Source: Macrostomum lignano
Lineage: Eukaryota
Assembly (NCBI GenBank): GCA_002269645.1
Contig: NIVC01001601.1
Coordinates: forward strand, 248,001 to 312,000
Direction: 5' to 3'
DNA: 64,000 nucleotides
Within the stretch, counting starts at the first letter, position 1; each line of letters opens with the position of its first letter. The position numbers and the translations under genes were made by a program. The notes below the pieces were generated by a model. The model worked only from the letters and a program-made list of their open reading frames with translations. It did no database searches and was not told where the DNA came from. Shown one piece after another: positions 1 through 10,920 of the stretch.

Positions 1-234
1 TGGAGCAGAAGGCGTGGGCACAAGGTTACTGAGGGATCGAAGCAAATTGAGAAAACCGGATCGGTTGCAATACAGTGAATAATTCCGGATGACTGACAAT
101 GCAACCAACTTTTTATTGACAAAAGGGGGAATGTTGTCCCGTATATTAACAGAGAAGACACAGAGTGTGCCCCCAGCCCAATGTTTTGTTGTCTAGGGCA
201 CAACCTATTATTTTATAATAAAGTAGTTACAACA
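1..234 (+). mobile_element. 3' end of a Ty3/gypsy-type LTR retrotransposon: pol C-terminus, polypurine tract and 103-bp 3' LTR (132..234)
   Basis: Frame from nt 2 reads GAEGVGTRLLRDRSKLRKPDRLQYSE* (stop 80-82), a typical gypsy pol tail. The PPT AAAAGGGGGAA (121-131) directly abuts TGTTG at 132. The segment ends in CAACA at 234, giving perfect 5-bp inverted termini, with AATAAA near its end. Confidence 0.75.
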
Positions 235-382
235 TGAATCCCAAGAGGAGTTTATATCAACCGGAGCAATACGATTGCTCGAACCGCTTAAGGCCATTGC
301 CTTCTTACTTAAATGTAGCAGCTCCAAGTCGGAGCAGAAGACATAACAAGAGTCAGTTAATTTCAGTCACTGGATAAAAAAT

Positions 383-1620
383 TCAGTCCTTGTAGATTTT
401 CACGCCGCTCCGAGCAGCGCGGGGTGCGGGCGCAGCGCCAGCAGGGAGACGGGTGGGTCTCGGTTGGCCTCGCCTGGAGCTCTTAGTGCAGCGGTTTGCG
501 GCTGGGCGATGGCGTCGACCAAGTCGGGGCTGCCGCCAGCGGGTTGTGCCATCCCGGCGTAGCAGCAGCGAGTTGCCGGCCACCCGCTGGACCGCCCAGG
601 CAGCGTTCTAGAACGGCGTCTGCGTCTTGCTGGCACCGACCCGCCGTCGTAGCACCGAGTCGCCGACCTGGACGTTGTGCCGCCGTGGTCGCCTTTTTGC
701 GTCCGCGTGCTGCTTCATCGCCGCCTTGGCGCCGGCGTCCGCGTCTCTTAGCCGCTGCTCGTCGATGCGGACTCGCTTGGAGGGCCGGGCGGCGGGAATG
801 ACGTCATTTGGCCGCCGGCCCATTAGCAGCTCGGCTGGTGCGCGCCCGGTAGCCGTGTGCGGCGTGTTCCTGTAGGCCAGCAGCCACTCGTCCAGAGCAG
901 CCCTCCAGTCTCGCCGCTCCTCGATGGCTGCGCGCACGACTTTGTTGATGGAGCGGTTCAGCCGCTCCTTCATGCCGTTGGCCGCTAGGTAGTAGGGCGT
1001 GATGAGGCAATGCTTGATCGCGTAGCTCGCCAGGAACCGGCCGAATCCTTGGACGAGAAGGGCGGTCCATTGTCTGTCACGAGCTCCTGCAGGATCCCGA
1101 AGCAAGCGAACATCTCTCGTAGGCGGAGAATCAATGCCTCAGCCGTCGTCGTCTGCATGAGCTGCACCACCGGGAACTTCGAGTAGCGGTCCCACGAAAT
1201 CGGCGCCGATCGACAGCCAGGCGCCCGCAGAGGCGTGGCCCGGACGGTGGTGTGTGCGGCGCAGCTGCGGCATCGACTGACGAACTCCTCCTATTAAGTT
1301 GCCATTCTCGGCCACCAGACCTTTGTGGCGAGCCTCGCGATCGTCTTCTGCGAGCACTGTTGCCCTTGGTGTGCCAGTTCGAGCATCTGCTGCCGCAGCT
1401 CAGCTGGCACGACGATTCACTGGTGCCGAAGGAGGACCCCGTCCGCCACAGACAGCTCCTCTCGCAGCGCGTGGAGCGAACGTATCTCTGCGTTGGAGTG
1501 ATCCCACCGGCCGCCTTGCGTCGCCGCTATCGCCACCCGGATGACTGGGTCGCTGGCAGAGCTCTTGCGGATGTCCTCGAGCGTCAGCGCCATCGGCACA
1601 GCCACCTGCGCCACCTCGTT
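383..1620 (-). mobile_element. Degenerate Ty3/gypsy (K02A2.6-like) pol fragment: integrase zinc-binding region, rve core and C-terminus
   Basis: Minus-strand pieces: ..LREELSVADGVLLRH*IVVPAELRQQMLELAHQG.., ..ELVTDNGPPFSS.., ..NGMKERLNRSINK..WRAALDEWLLAYRNTPHTATGRAPAELLMGR... The frame is broken by stops and frameshifts and is 5'-truncated near 1620. Confidence 0.9.
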
Positions 1621-2707
1621 GATATGTTTATCTTGTCAGTTACATTTTAAAAGTCTCGAAGTCACGATTCCTATACAGTGAAAAACCAAGCTGGATGAAA
1701 CATATTAGGCTTCTGCTTTTAGTCAATTTTCACCGACAGCTGGAACCATGGAAGCAAATCAACGCGAGCTTCGAAATAGTCCTCGACGACGAGAGGCTCT
1801 GATATGGTCAAGGTGACGTGACGGTCCCACAATTAAGTGCGCCTGTACTGCAAGATCAGTGAAGAGAAGCACAACTTGTTCAGGAATTTTGTACTGGCCG
1901 CCTCCTTAAGATGCCCCTGTGCCGGTGACGAATTCTGGTGACAAACAGACTGGCCGAGGAGGCGATAGTGGATGTCACAGCGGCGCAAAGTGGGGCGGTC
2001 GGTCCAGTGTCGCTTTGTTTGGATATACATGTATGCCACATCAGAGCGGAGCATCTCGTGGCGTTTTTAGTGCTCATTATTACAAGGCTACAAGATTGAC
2101 AAAAGCACGAGATACAATAAAAAGATTAAAACAAAAACGGCATCTTCGATTTAAGAAAGAGACTCTGTTTAACCAAATGCTATAGCTTGGACTCCGGTAA
2201 CTAGGCTGGACCGTTTTAGCTCAGCTGAACAATAAGCAAAATTGCTGCTTATTTTGGGGAAGAGATTCAGTTTAATTTTCATCCTGCGATAGCAGCAAAC
2301 AGTAGGGCAAAGGTCGTTCGCTTTGCGGGGTTAAAAGTTCAGCAATCTACTGGGTAGTACGAGTTACTATCGTATCATCCTTGGCTTCTACCTAGACTGC
2401 AATTGGCATAACGCGGTCTCTTGAAAGCCTTCATGCAATTGGCGTAATATATCACGTAATATTTCATAATGCAATACTATCTATGGTAAAATATCGCAGA
2501 GATCCCTGCATGATAATCGTAGAAAGAAAGGAATATCTGTCTAACACTCACACGTTCATAATCAATCAGAGAGGATTTCTCGTCACTTGATGTGGCATTT
2601 TTTACAGACGCTTAAAAACGAATCCTAAGTGTGTATTTCGCTTTTTACCTAACCGGAAAGTTCCAATTACTTGTAAATTTAAATTATAAAAATTTCTACA
2701 ATTGAAA

Positions 2708-2992
2708 ATGAGTCACAGCGCCAACAGTGAAAGCTTAATCCAAACAAAGCTTACTGGTCGGAGCTACAACCTAGTTAATGACGAACTGGTGCTAATTACT
2801 GTGCTCACGGTCGGCCTGATCTACATCCTGGTAATAACTGTAATCTCCATTTTTGCTTGCGTTGTCATGTGCTGCAGCAGAAGCTACGAAGAAACACACG
2901 TGGCTGATCGAACCGAAGAAGTTGCACATCCAGCTACGCGGCCTTCTCAGCTAACGACGCGGATGTCGTATAGAGCGTCCGAAAAATTCTAG
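2708..2992 (+). CDS. Candidate 94-aa single-pass membrane microprotein (orphan)
   Basis: Start context AAAATG. One long hydrophobic stretch (LVLITVLTVGLIYILVITVISIFACVVM) followed by CC and a polar tail. AATAAA lies directly after the TAG. No homology recognised. Confidence 0.35.
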   Translation: MSHSANSESLIQTKLTGRSYNLVNDELVLITVLTVGLIYILVITVISIFACVVMCCSRSYEETHVADRTEEVAHPATRPSQLTTRMSYRASEKF

Positions 2993-5949
2993 AATAAACT
3001 TATTAGGAGTTGCTGGCACAGAATATACATTATATTCTGTATATTCTGTGGTTGCTGGAGCGTATACAGCTTATACTATAGTATTTTTGATAGCAAACTG
3101 AATTTGAAAATCTAATACGTGCAGTACATATGTAGTTTAAAATCAGTTATAAGTTCGAATGTTGAACAATATCCGTACGATTGTTTTACTAATTCGTCTT
3201 CATTTTTTTCTATTATAATTCGTGCATGCCCTAGAAGATCATCTTCTTCTTGGGTTGCTGCGCAAGTACTATAGCATGAACGTACTTTGAAATCTTTTTA
3301 TAGCTTCGAATCGCATATTTTATCAAATTTATCGCTTCATTTTGCCATAAAATAAAGATCCTGCAAGAACCGAGCAGATTGAGAAGATCTGCTAAGAATG
3401 GCACAGAGACAAAGATCTGCTAAGTTTGAGAAACTGACATGTCCTCTAGGGTGGCTTAATTTGACTTTTAAAAACATACACTCTGCTATGCAAGGTACGA
3501 TGTAGTAGGCACAAGGACAACTAAGAAGTGACTTCAGTGGTCCTTGAGTAGGTAATCTTGAGAGCGCACGGTGACTGACTTCCGACGAGTTCAAGCCCAA
3601 GAAGAATTAGTGTAGGTTTTTGCACCAAACCAAACTTTAAGTTTTTGTTTTAGTTTAAGCGGCAGCAGGTCTGTGTGCCCGGATTACAGCGTACATGTAC
3701 TGTTCGCAAGCTCTTCTTGACCTTATTATAGCATCTGCGGAGGTTACTGCATGATGTCTGCGAAAATTTGCAGCGTCGCCGCAGCAGAACTGGGGGGGGG
3801 GTGGAGGCTATCATACAATGTCTTTCGTACGTTCTTCCAAAGTCAATTGGAAGAACGTACTATACATGTACGAACATAACGAGCTGGAACGTGCGTTAAT
3901 CAAGCACCTGATCTACTGCAATAGCCGCCTTCAAGATTGTAAGGCGATCAGATAGTCACTATTTGCAGTCCTCCATTTATTGCAGCGCTTGGTTTAGTCT
4001 AAGCGCCGTTGGCAGCCTTTCATCCACACCGCTGGTCGTACATGTATTTCAGGCTCCATTTCTCGTCATCGTCTGTCGTTTGTCGTCGACTGCGGAGGCG
4101 GTAACCCGCTGGATTCTTCGCGTATATTGTATGCTCCAGCTTTGCCTGGGCCTTGTGGGCACGCGCCATGACACTCGCATTGTTAACTTTCCTTTCGACA
4201 GCTGGGCTTTTTGCTTTAGTAAATTAAAATACTGCAATTTTACTTACATTACTCATTGGTTTTTACCTATGTGATTTTGATGCTTCAGGATGCAGCGCAA
4301 CGTACATGTACTGTCTAAAAAGCTTTTCCGCAAATAACTCGCTATGATTTGTGCGTAAAGGCTACTCAAAAGTAGTCTACTCGAGTAGTCTTTGATATGC
4401 ACGATCGCACATGCAGTCTCACATAGTGCGAAAAGTTATTTGATTCACAGACTGTAAAACCAATCGGGTCAGAGTAAGTCTCTATTAAGTAATTGGCGTA
4501 AAGGGATGGCGCATTTGTTTTTATGAATGTTTTTCTTAGATTACGGTTGCCGCCAAGTCAAATTGTCTGCTCTACTTCAGCTGTACAAATGAGCCTCTAC
4601 TCTATGATGCAGGTGAATAAGTCTGGGACTCGTGGGAGATCTGTTATATAATATCAGTTTTCATTTTTATAGATAGAGATTACTAATGGACCTATGCTTA
4701 CCATACCATTTTCATTTACGGTACACTAAACTATCGAATGACGCTAATAAACAGACTTACCAGCCAAACTGGCTATTTCATTTGCCTGACTCAATTCTAC
4801 TAACTACTAAAAGTATTAATTCCGAAGATTCGATCATTCGATGGATTGAACTTGAATGGGCACCATTATCTGGGTTTGAACCATTTTTCAAATGGGGTGG
4901 GCAGAGAGGCCTATTAGCCTACTACAATATATGTTGTACAGTTGTACAACGATAATGTAGCACTTTGGTTTGCAAATGCAAGCCAGACTAAAACTTAGTA
5001 TAGTACCAATTTAGATACATTACGTGTGATGTAAATTTGAATTTCGTTTAGGCCTAGTGCATTATAGGCCTAGTATAGGCCTAGTGCCATGCCATAGACT
5101 GCCTATAGGCCCTAGTCAAGACAATAAAAAAATTGGCTTTGGTAAAAACTTTAACTTTTGGGCCAAATTAGGCTTTGCCACAAGCCAGGCTTAGATTTTT
5201 TAATAATAGGAATATGATGACTCATTTTTACTAAAGTAGAACAGGAGGGATAGAAAGAAGTTTATAGCAAGCCCTATTGCAACAAATGGCTATTAGTATT
5301 ATTATAGACATTGTCTGTCAAATATAGATTGGCTCTTCCTTAGGCCTAGTAGGGCCTAATATAACTTTATAAGCGCAATCTAGGTATATTTCTAGCTAGC
5401 ATGATTTAGTCTTTAGATGTTGGTTACTCTATGGATAGGCCTAGTAAGATAAGATACCAATACTTAGAAATAATACTATCTTAGTTAAACTTTAATGGTA
5501 TTAGATTAATAGCTATTATATATATAATAGAATAGGTATATTCTACATCTAAAGTAGACCATTAAAAGTTAGGCCTTTAATAGGTCTATAAAAACAATTC
5601 CAAAATCAATTTTTTTAGTCTTATAAAAATAATATCAAATTAGATATTAGTAAATAATATGCTACTACTAATATTTTGACAATTTTTGTTTTTGCCAACA
5701 AAAGATTTCTATAGGCCCTAGCTTCCTTCCCATAATTTTATTTTAAAATTAAGTTTAGGCCTAGCCAGTCTTTGATAATTTTTAGGGTCTTATACGCTTA
5801 TAAATTTTATTGACATTATGTATATATATGCAATAATCAATATGCTTGGATGCAACCTAGGAAGGGTATTTACCTAGCTATTTCTATTGGTAACAAACAC
5901 ATAAGTTGCTATTGGATAGAATAATATAGTAACTTACATGTATATGTTG

Positions 5950-6490
5950 TAGAGATTGCAAAATCCCAGTTTTTTGCAATCCCAAGATCCCAGGATTTAA
6001 TCCCAGAATTTGGCCAATCCTAGGATCAGAAAATATAGATTTTTAGGCTTCTAGGTTGAAATTCTAAGGCAAAATATGCACTAAACACGTTTTTGCTTCT
6101 GTTTTTGGTTGTTATAGAGACAATGATTTATTTGGAGATGAAAAGCACATTATCTTGTGACGTATTGAAGTAAGTAGTATAAAAGTACTAATTAGTAATA
6201 AAGAAGCAAATCATATATCAAAATTTAAATTGGAATAATTTTCACATTTGAATCTGTGATGCAGGGTTTAAAAAGGTGCCATGCAATGTGAGGCAATTAA
6301 TAAAAATTAGCGCAATAGAATAAACTTGTTGTGGGCCCAATTATGTTCATATAATAATATTTCTTAATATAAGAATATTGACAAAATGAGTACTGGGATT
6401 CAGGACCTTAAATCCCAGGACTGGATATCCTGGGATTTGGGCCCAATCTCAGGATTTTGGGATCTCGGGATCCCAGGATTGCAATCCCTA
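5950..6490. mobile_element. hAT-type MITE (541 bp)
   Basis: Termini TAGAGATTGCAA / TTGCAATCCCTA (TIR about TAGGGATTGCAA). Subterminal ATCCCAGGAT-like motifs are repeated and inverted at both ends. Flanks ATATGTTG (5942-5949) and GTATGTTG (6491-6498) form an 8-bp TSD with 7/8 identity. Confidence 0.85.
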
Positions 6491-7029
6491 GTATGTTGCC
6501 TAAGAAATAGATAAGTGAATCCCTAGGTTGCGCATGTGTTATGTGTATATATTGTATAATGATAATTACAATTTCAATTTTAATTTATATTACCTTAGTG
6601 CATCCAAAAAGTTCTTAGACACCCCTACTATCTCTGCATCAATTCAATTGATTTTTATAAAAATTTACACAAACCTGAGCTTATATCTAATGAGTTCAGT
6701 GCTAAAGTTTTAGCTTAATTGGGTTGACAGAGCAAAAGCAATCAATTATTTGCTGAGAAACCTACAAAATTAGCAATGTAATTTTTGAAAAGCATCAAAT
6801 ATAGACTCCTGTAGTAATATTGCAGCTCATTTGTTAAAAAAATTTATCAAAATATTACTGTTTTTGCTGAGTATTGATTTGGCATCCAGGGCCCAAATTG
6901 AGGAAGTCCAATCAAATTTGGATTTACCATGATATGCCTTTTGGTACAAAAAAACTAAATTCAATTTGTCCATCTTGTACAGAATCGCATAAAACTTCAG
7001 ATCTAAACTGATTCAGTGGTATTAACTGG

Positions 7030-8497
7030 ATGGCAAACCTGTCCCGAACAGATCAGCTGGCTTCTGCTAGGCCAGATCTCACCATCAAGTACGATGCAGA
7101 CTCCTCAGAAGCTGCTTGTACTTTTACTAGTCACGGCGAGAATGGATTCAAGTGTCTGCACGAATTCTACAGAGCCAAGACTTTGTGCGATGTGAAACTG
7201 AAGATTGGGCAGAAGGAGATTGCCTGTCACCGGCTTGTGCTGGCCTGCTGGAGTCCATACTTCTGTGCCATGTTCTCCACGCCTATGCAGGTGACACATG
7301 TTAACTGTTTGATTTTAGACTAGAAATTCTAAGCTAGTTAAATTAATATAATTCATTTACTTGTGCTAGAATTGGTGGGTCAGGATCAGAACTGGTGGGT
7401 CAGGATCATAACTGGTAGGTCAGGATCAGAACTGGTGGATTAGAATCAGAACAGGTGGTTCAGGATCAGAACTAGTAGGTCAGAATCAGAACTAGTAGGT
7501 CAGGATCAGAACTAGTAGGTCAGGATCAGAACTAGTAGGTCAGTATCAGAACTAGTAGGTCAGGATCAATACTGGTGGGTCAGGATCAGAACTAGTAGGT
7601 CAGGATCAGAACTAGTAGATCAGGATCAGAACTAGTATGTCAGGATCAGAACTAGTGGGTCAGGATCAGAACTAGTAGGTCAGGATCAGAACTAGTAGGT
7701 CAGAATCAGAACTAGTAGGTCAGGATCAGAACTAGTAAGGTCAGAATCTGAACTAGTGGGTCAATATTGTACAATACAGCCACTCTATCCCTCATTAGGA
7801 GTCGAAAATGGAGTCGGTGACCCTGCACGACCTGGACCAGGAGATGGTTGCCAAGGTGATAGATTTCTTCTACACTGGCCAGCTGTCTGTGACGCCGGGC
7901 AATGTCCAGTGCCTCATGCACACGGCCTGCCTGCTTCAGCTAGAGGAGGTGGTGCACTGCTGCGAGCGCTTCATCGCTCACAAGCTGGACGTCTCCAACG
8001 CCATTGAGGCTCGAATGTTCGCCCAGCAGCACAACCGAACTGGCCTGATTGCCGAGATTGACAGGTTCCTGTGCCAGAACTACCAGCAGCTGGTCAATAG
8101 CGAGGTGTTCCACTCGCTGTCATTCGAGATGCTGCAGTCCATTTTGAAGTCGGATTCGTTGAATGTGCCCGACGAAGTGCGCGTCTTTGACAGCGTTGTG
8201 AAATGGGTGCATGCCGACCTGCCGGTTAGGAGAGCCCTGGTCAGCAAGTGAGTTGCACCTTATGAAGTTTGGTTGAATGTCGGTTGGTTAGTTAGTCAGT
8301 TAGTTAGTTAGTTAGTTAGTTGATTAGTTAGTTAGTGAGTCAGTTAGTTAGTGATTCAGTTAGTTAATTAGTTAGTTAGTTAGTTAGTGAGTCAGTTACT
8401 TAGTTAGTTAATTAGTTAGTTAGTTAGTTAGTTAGTGAGTCAGTCAGTTAGTTAGTTAGTTAGTTAGTTAGTTGATTAGTTAGTTAGTTAGTTAGTC

Positions 8498-8553
<56 letters not shown>

Positions 8554-8581
8554 GATTAGTTAGTTAGTTAGTTAGTCAGTC

Positions 8582-8641
<60 letters not shown>

Positions 8642-8669
8642 GATTAGTTAGTTAGTTAGTGAGTCAGTC

Positions 8670-8701
<32 letters not shown>

Positions 8702-8915
8702 GATTAGTTAGTTAGTTAGTCAGTTAGTTAGTTAGTTAGTTAGTGAGTCAGTTAGTTAATTAGTTAGTTAGTTAGTTAATTAGTTAGTTAGTTAGTTAGT
8801 CAGTTAGTGAGTCAGTTTGTTAGTTAGTTAGCTAGTTAGTTAGTTAGTTAGTGAGTCAGTTTGTTAGTTAGTTAGTTATTTATTTAGTTAGTTAGTTAGT
8901 CAGTTAGTTATTTAT

Positions 8916-8988
<73 letters not shown>

Positions 8989-9711
8989 CAGTTAGTTAGT
9001 CAGTCAGTCAGTCAGACAATCAGTCAGTCAGTCAGACAGTCAGTCCTGTGCCCGAACGGAATGCCAGCTGATGATGAGACTGTTAATGATAATCAGCCCT
9101 ATGCATTCCTCATCATTCGCAGCCTGCTTCATTGCGTCCGCCTAGCCCAGCTGCCATCGGACTACCTGATGGACTCGGTGAACTCGGACCCGCTGGTGCA
9201 CAGCCAGCAGGCCTGCAAAGACCTGGTGCTGGACGCCTGCGCATTCCAGCTGAACCGGGCCAAGCACCGGCCGGTGGCGCAGCGGGTTTCTGCCCTGCCG
9301 CACTACCGGCCGAGGAAGACCTACGCTGGCAGCATCTTCTGCGTTGGCGGCCGGGGCACCCTGAGCGATCCGTACCGCAATGCCGAGGTGTACGACCTGC
9401 TGGAGGAGCGCTGGATCACCGTGGAGCCGATGCACACTAAACGGCGACACGTCGGACTCGTATCGGCCAATGGTAAGCTTATTTTTGCTGTTTTCGATAC
9501 ATATCGGCTTAGGTAGCCAGTGTCTGCGCTTATGTCTCTACATTCAGTCTGTTATATCCAATATATTCCGTTTGTCTGCATGTGTCTTTATGCCTGTCCT
9601 AGTGTCTTTCTTAGTGTTGAGTTTCTGTCTGTCTTAGTGTCTTAGTGTTATTTATTACACCCATTTCTTAGTGTCTGTCTGTCTGTCTTTCTTAGTGTCT
9701 TAGTATCTTAG

Positions 9712-9744
<33 letters not shown>

Positions 9745-10765
9745 TTCTGTCTGTCTGTCTGTCTGTCCGTCTGTTTGAGTGTCTGTCTGTCTGTCTTTCT
9801 GCCTGTCTGTCTGTCTGTCTGTCTTAGTGCCTGTCTTAGTGTCTGTCTTAGTGTCTCTCTTAGTGTCTTAGTGTCTGTCTGTCTGTCTTTCTGCCTGTCT
9901 GTCTGTCTGTCTGTCTTAGTGTCTGTCTGTCTGTCTATCGGTTATTCTATAATATATTGTATTTATAACCTCAGGCCTCGTTTACGCCGTGGGCGGTCAC
10001 GACGGTCACGAGCACCTGTCCTCGGGCGAGATGTTCGATCCGCTGGCCAACCGCTGGAGCCGCATCGCCAGCATGGCAACCAGGCGGCGCGGCCTGGCTG
10101 TGGCCACCCTCAGCGACTGCCTGTTCTGCCTGGGCGGCCTTGACGACATCGCCTGCTTCTACACAGTGGAGCGGTACAACCCCGTCACCGATAGCTGGGC
10201 CAACGTTGCCTCAATGGGCAGCCCTCGCGGCGGCCTCGGCGGCACCGCATTCCAAGACAAAATCTACGTGTTCGGCGGCAACGACTCGCTGACTTCCATC
10301 GCCACCTGCGAGCGCTACGACCCGGTGAAGAACATGTGGCAGCCGGCCGCGCCGATGGAGTTCAAGCGAGCGGGCGCCGGAGCGGTGGCTCTGGACTCCT
10401 TCATCTACGTGCTTGGCGGCTTTGATGACAACGCGCCGCTTGACTCGGTTGAGCGCTACGACCCGCGGGCGGACAAATGGACCCGGATGCAGCCCATGAC
10501 CACCTGCCGTGGCGGCGTTGGCGTTGCAGCTCTGTGGGGCAAGATCTACGCGATTGGCGGGCACGACGGCGAGGCCTACCTGGACACTGTTGAATGCTTC
10601 GACCCGGTGGCCAACCGGTGGGAACCGGTGCCCGGTATCAATTTGAAGCGGGCCGGAGCCGGCGTGTGCTTTGCCGACATCCCGATGCGATTGTTGAAAT
10701 CGCCTAACAGCGTTGTTGCCTCAGCTGCGACTGCTTCTGCTGGTGCGACTTTCTTGCCGAGGTGA
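7030..10765 (+). CDS. KLHL8: Kelch-like protein 8 (BTB-BACK-Kelch, CUL3 adaptor); join(7030..7290,7799..8247,9123..9472,9975..10765), 616 aa
   Basis: BTB (LCDVKLKIG..HRLVLACWSPYFCAMF), BACK (..LNVPDEVRVFDSVVKWV) and six Kelch repeats. KLHL8-like motifs: FCVGGRG..DPYR, RRHVG, VGGHDGHEHL, GGLDDIACF, GGFDDNAPL. All introns are GT-AG with consistent phases 0, 2, 1. Confidence 0.92.
7375..7760. repeat. 20-bp minisatellite (GGTCAGGATCAGAACTAGTA)n in KLHL8 intron 1
   Basis: Directly visible tandem units. Confidence 0.95.
8285..9045. repeat. (GTTA)n microsatellite grading into (GTCA)n, KLHL8 intron 2
   Basis: Directly visible. Confidence 0.97.
9590..9937. repeat. (GTCT)n microsatellite with TAGT interruptions, KLHL8 intron 3
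   Basis: Directly visible; the same style recurs at 23093-23475. Confidence 0.95.
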
Positions 10766-10920
10766 TTTTGTATTCAGGAGATTCTTCAGTCGGATGTTCG
10801 GGTTGTTTGTCGTTAGGCAGAAATTCCGATTGGTTTGTCAGCTATGTTTAGGTTGTCATGGAGTAGTATTGTCAGTATTTAAGTTTTCAAACCTCGGTAG
10901 GCTTACTATATATTCGAGTT

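Noticed and set aside
1740-2100. GC-richer coding-like stretch with splice-like sites
   Set aside because: Frames break at stops and no family is recognisable; cannot support a gene or pseudogene call.
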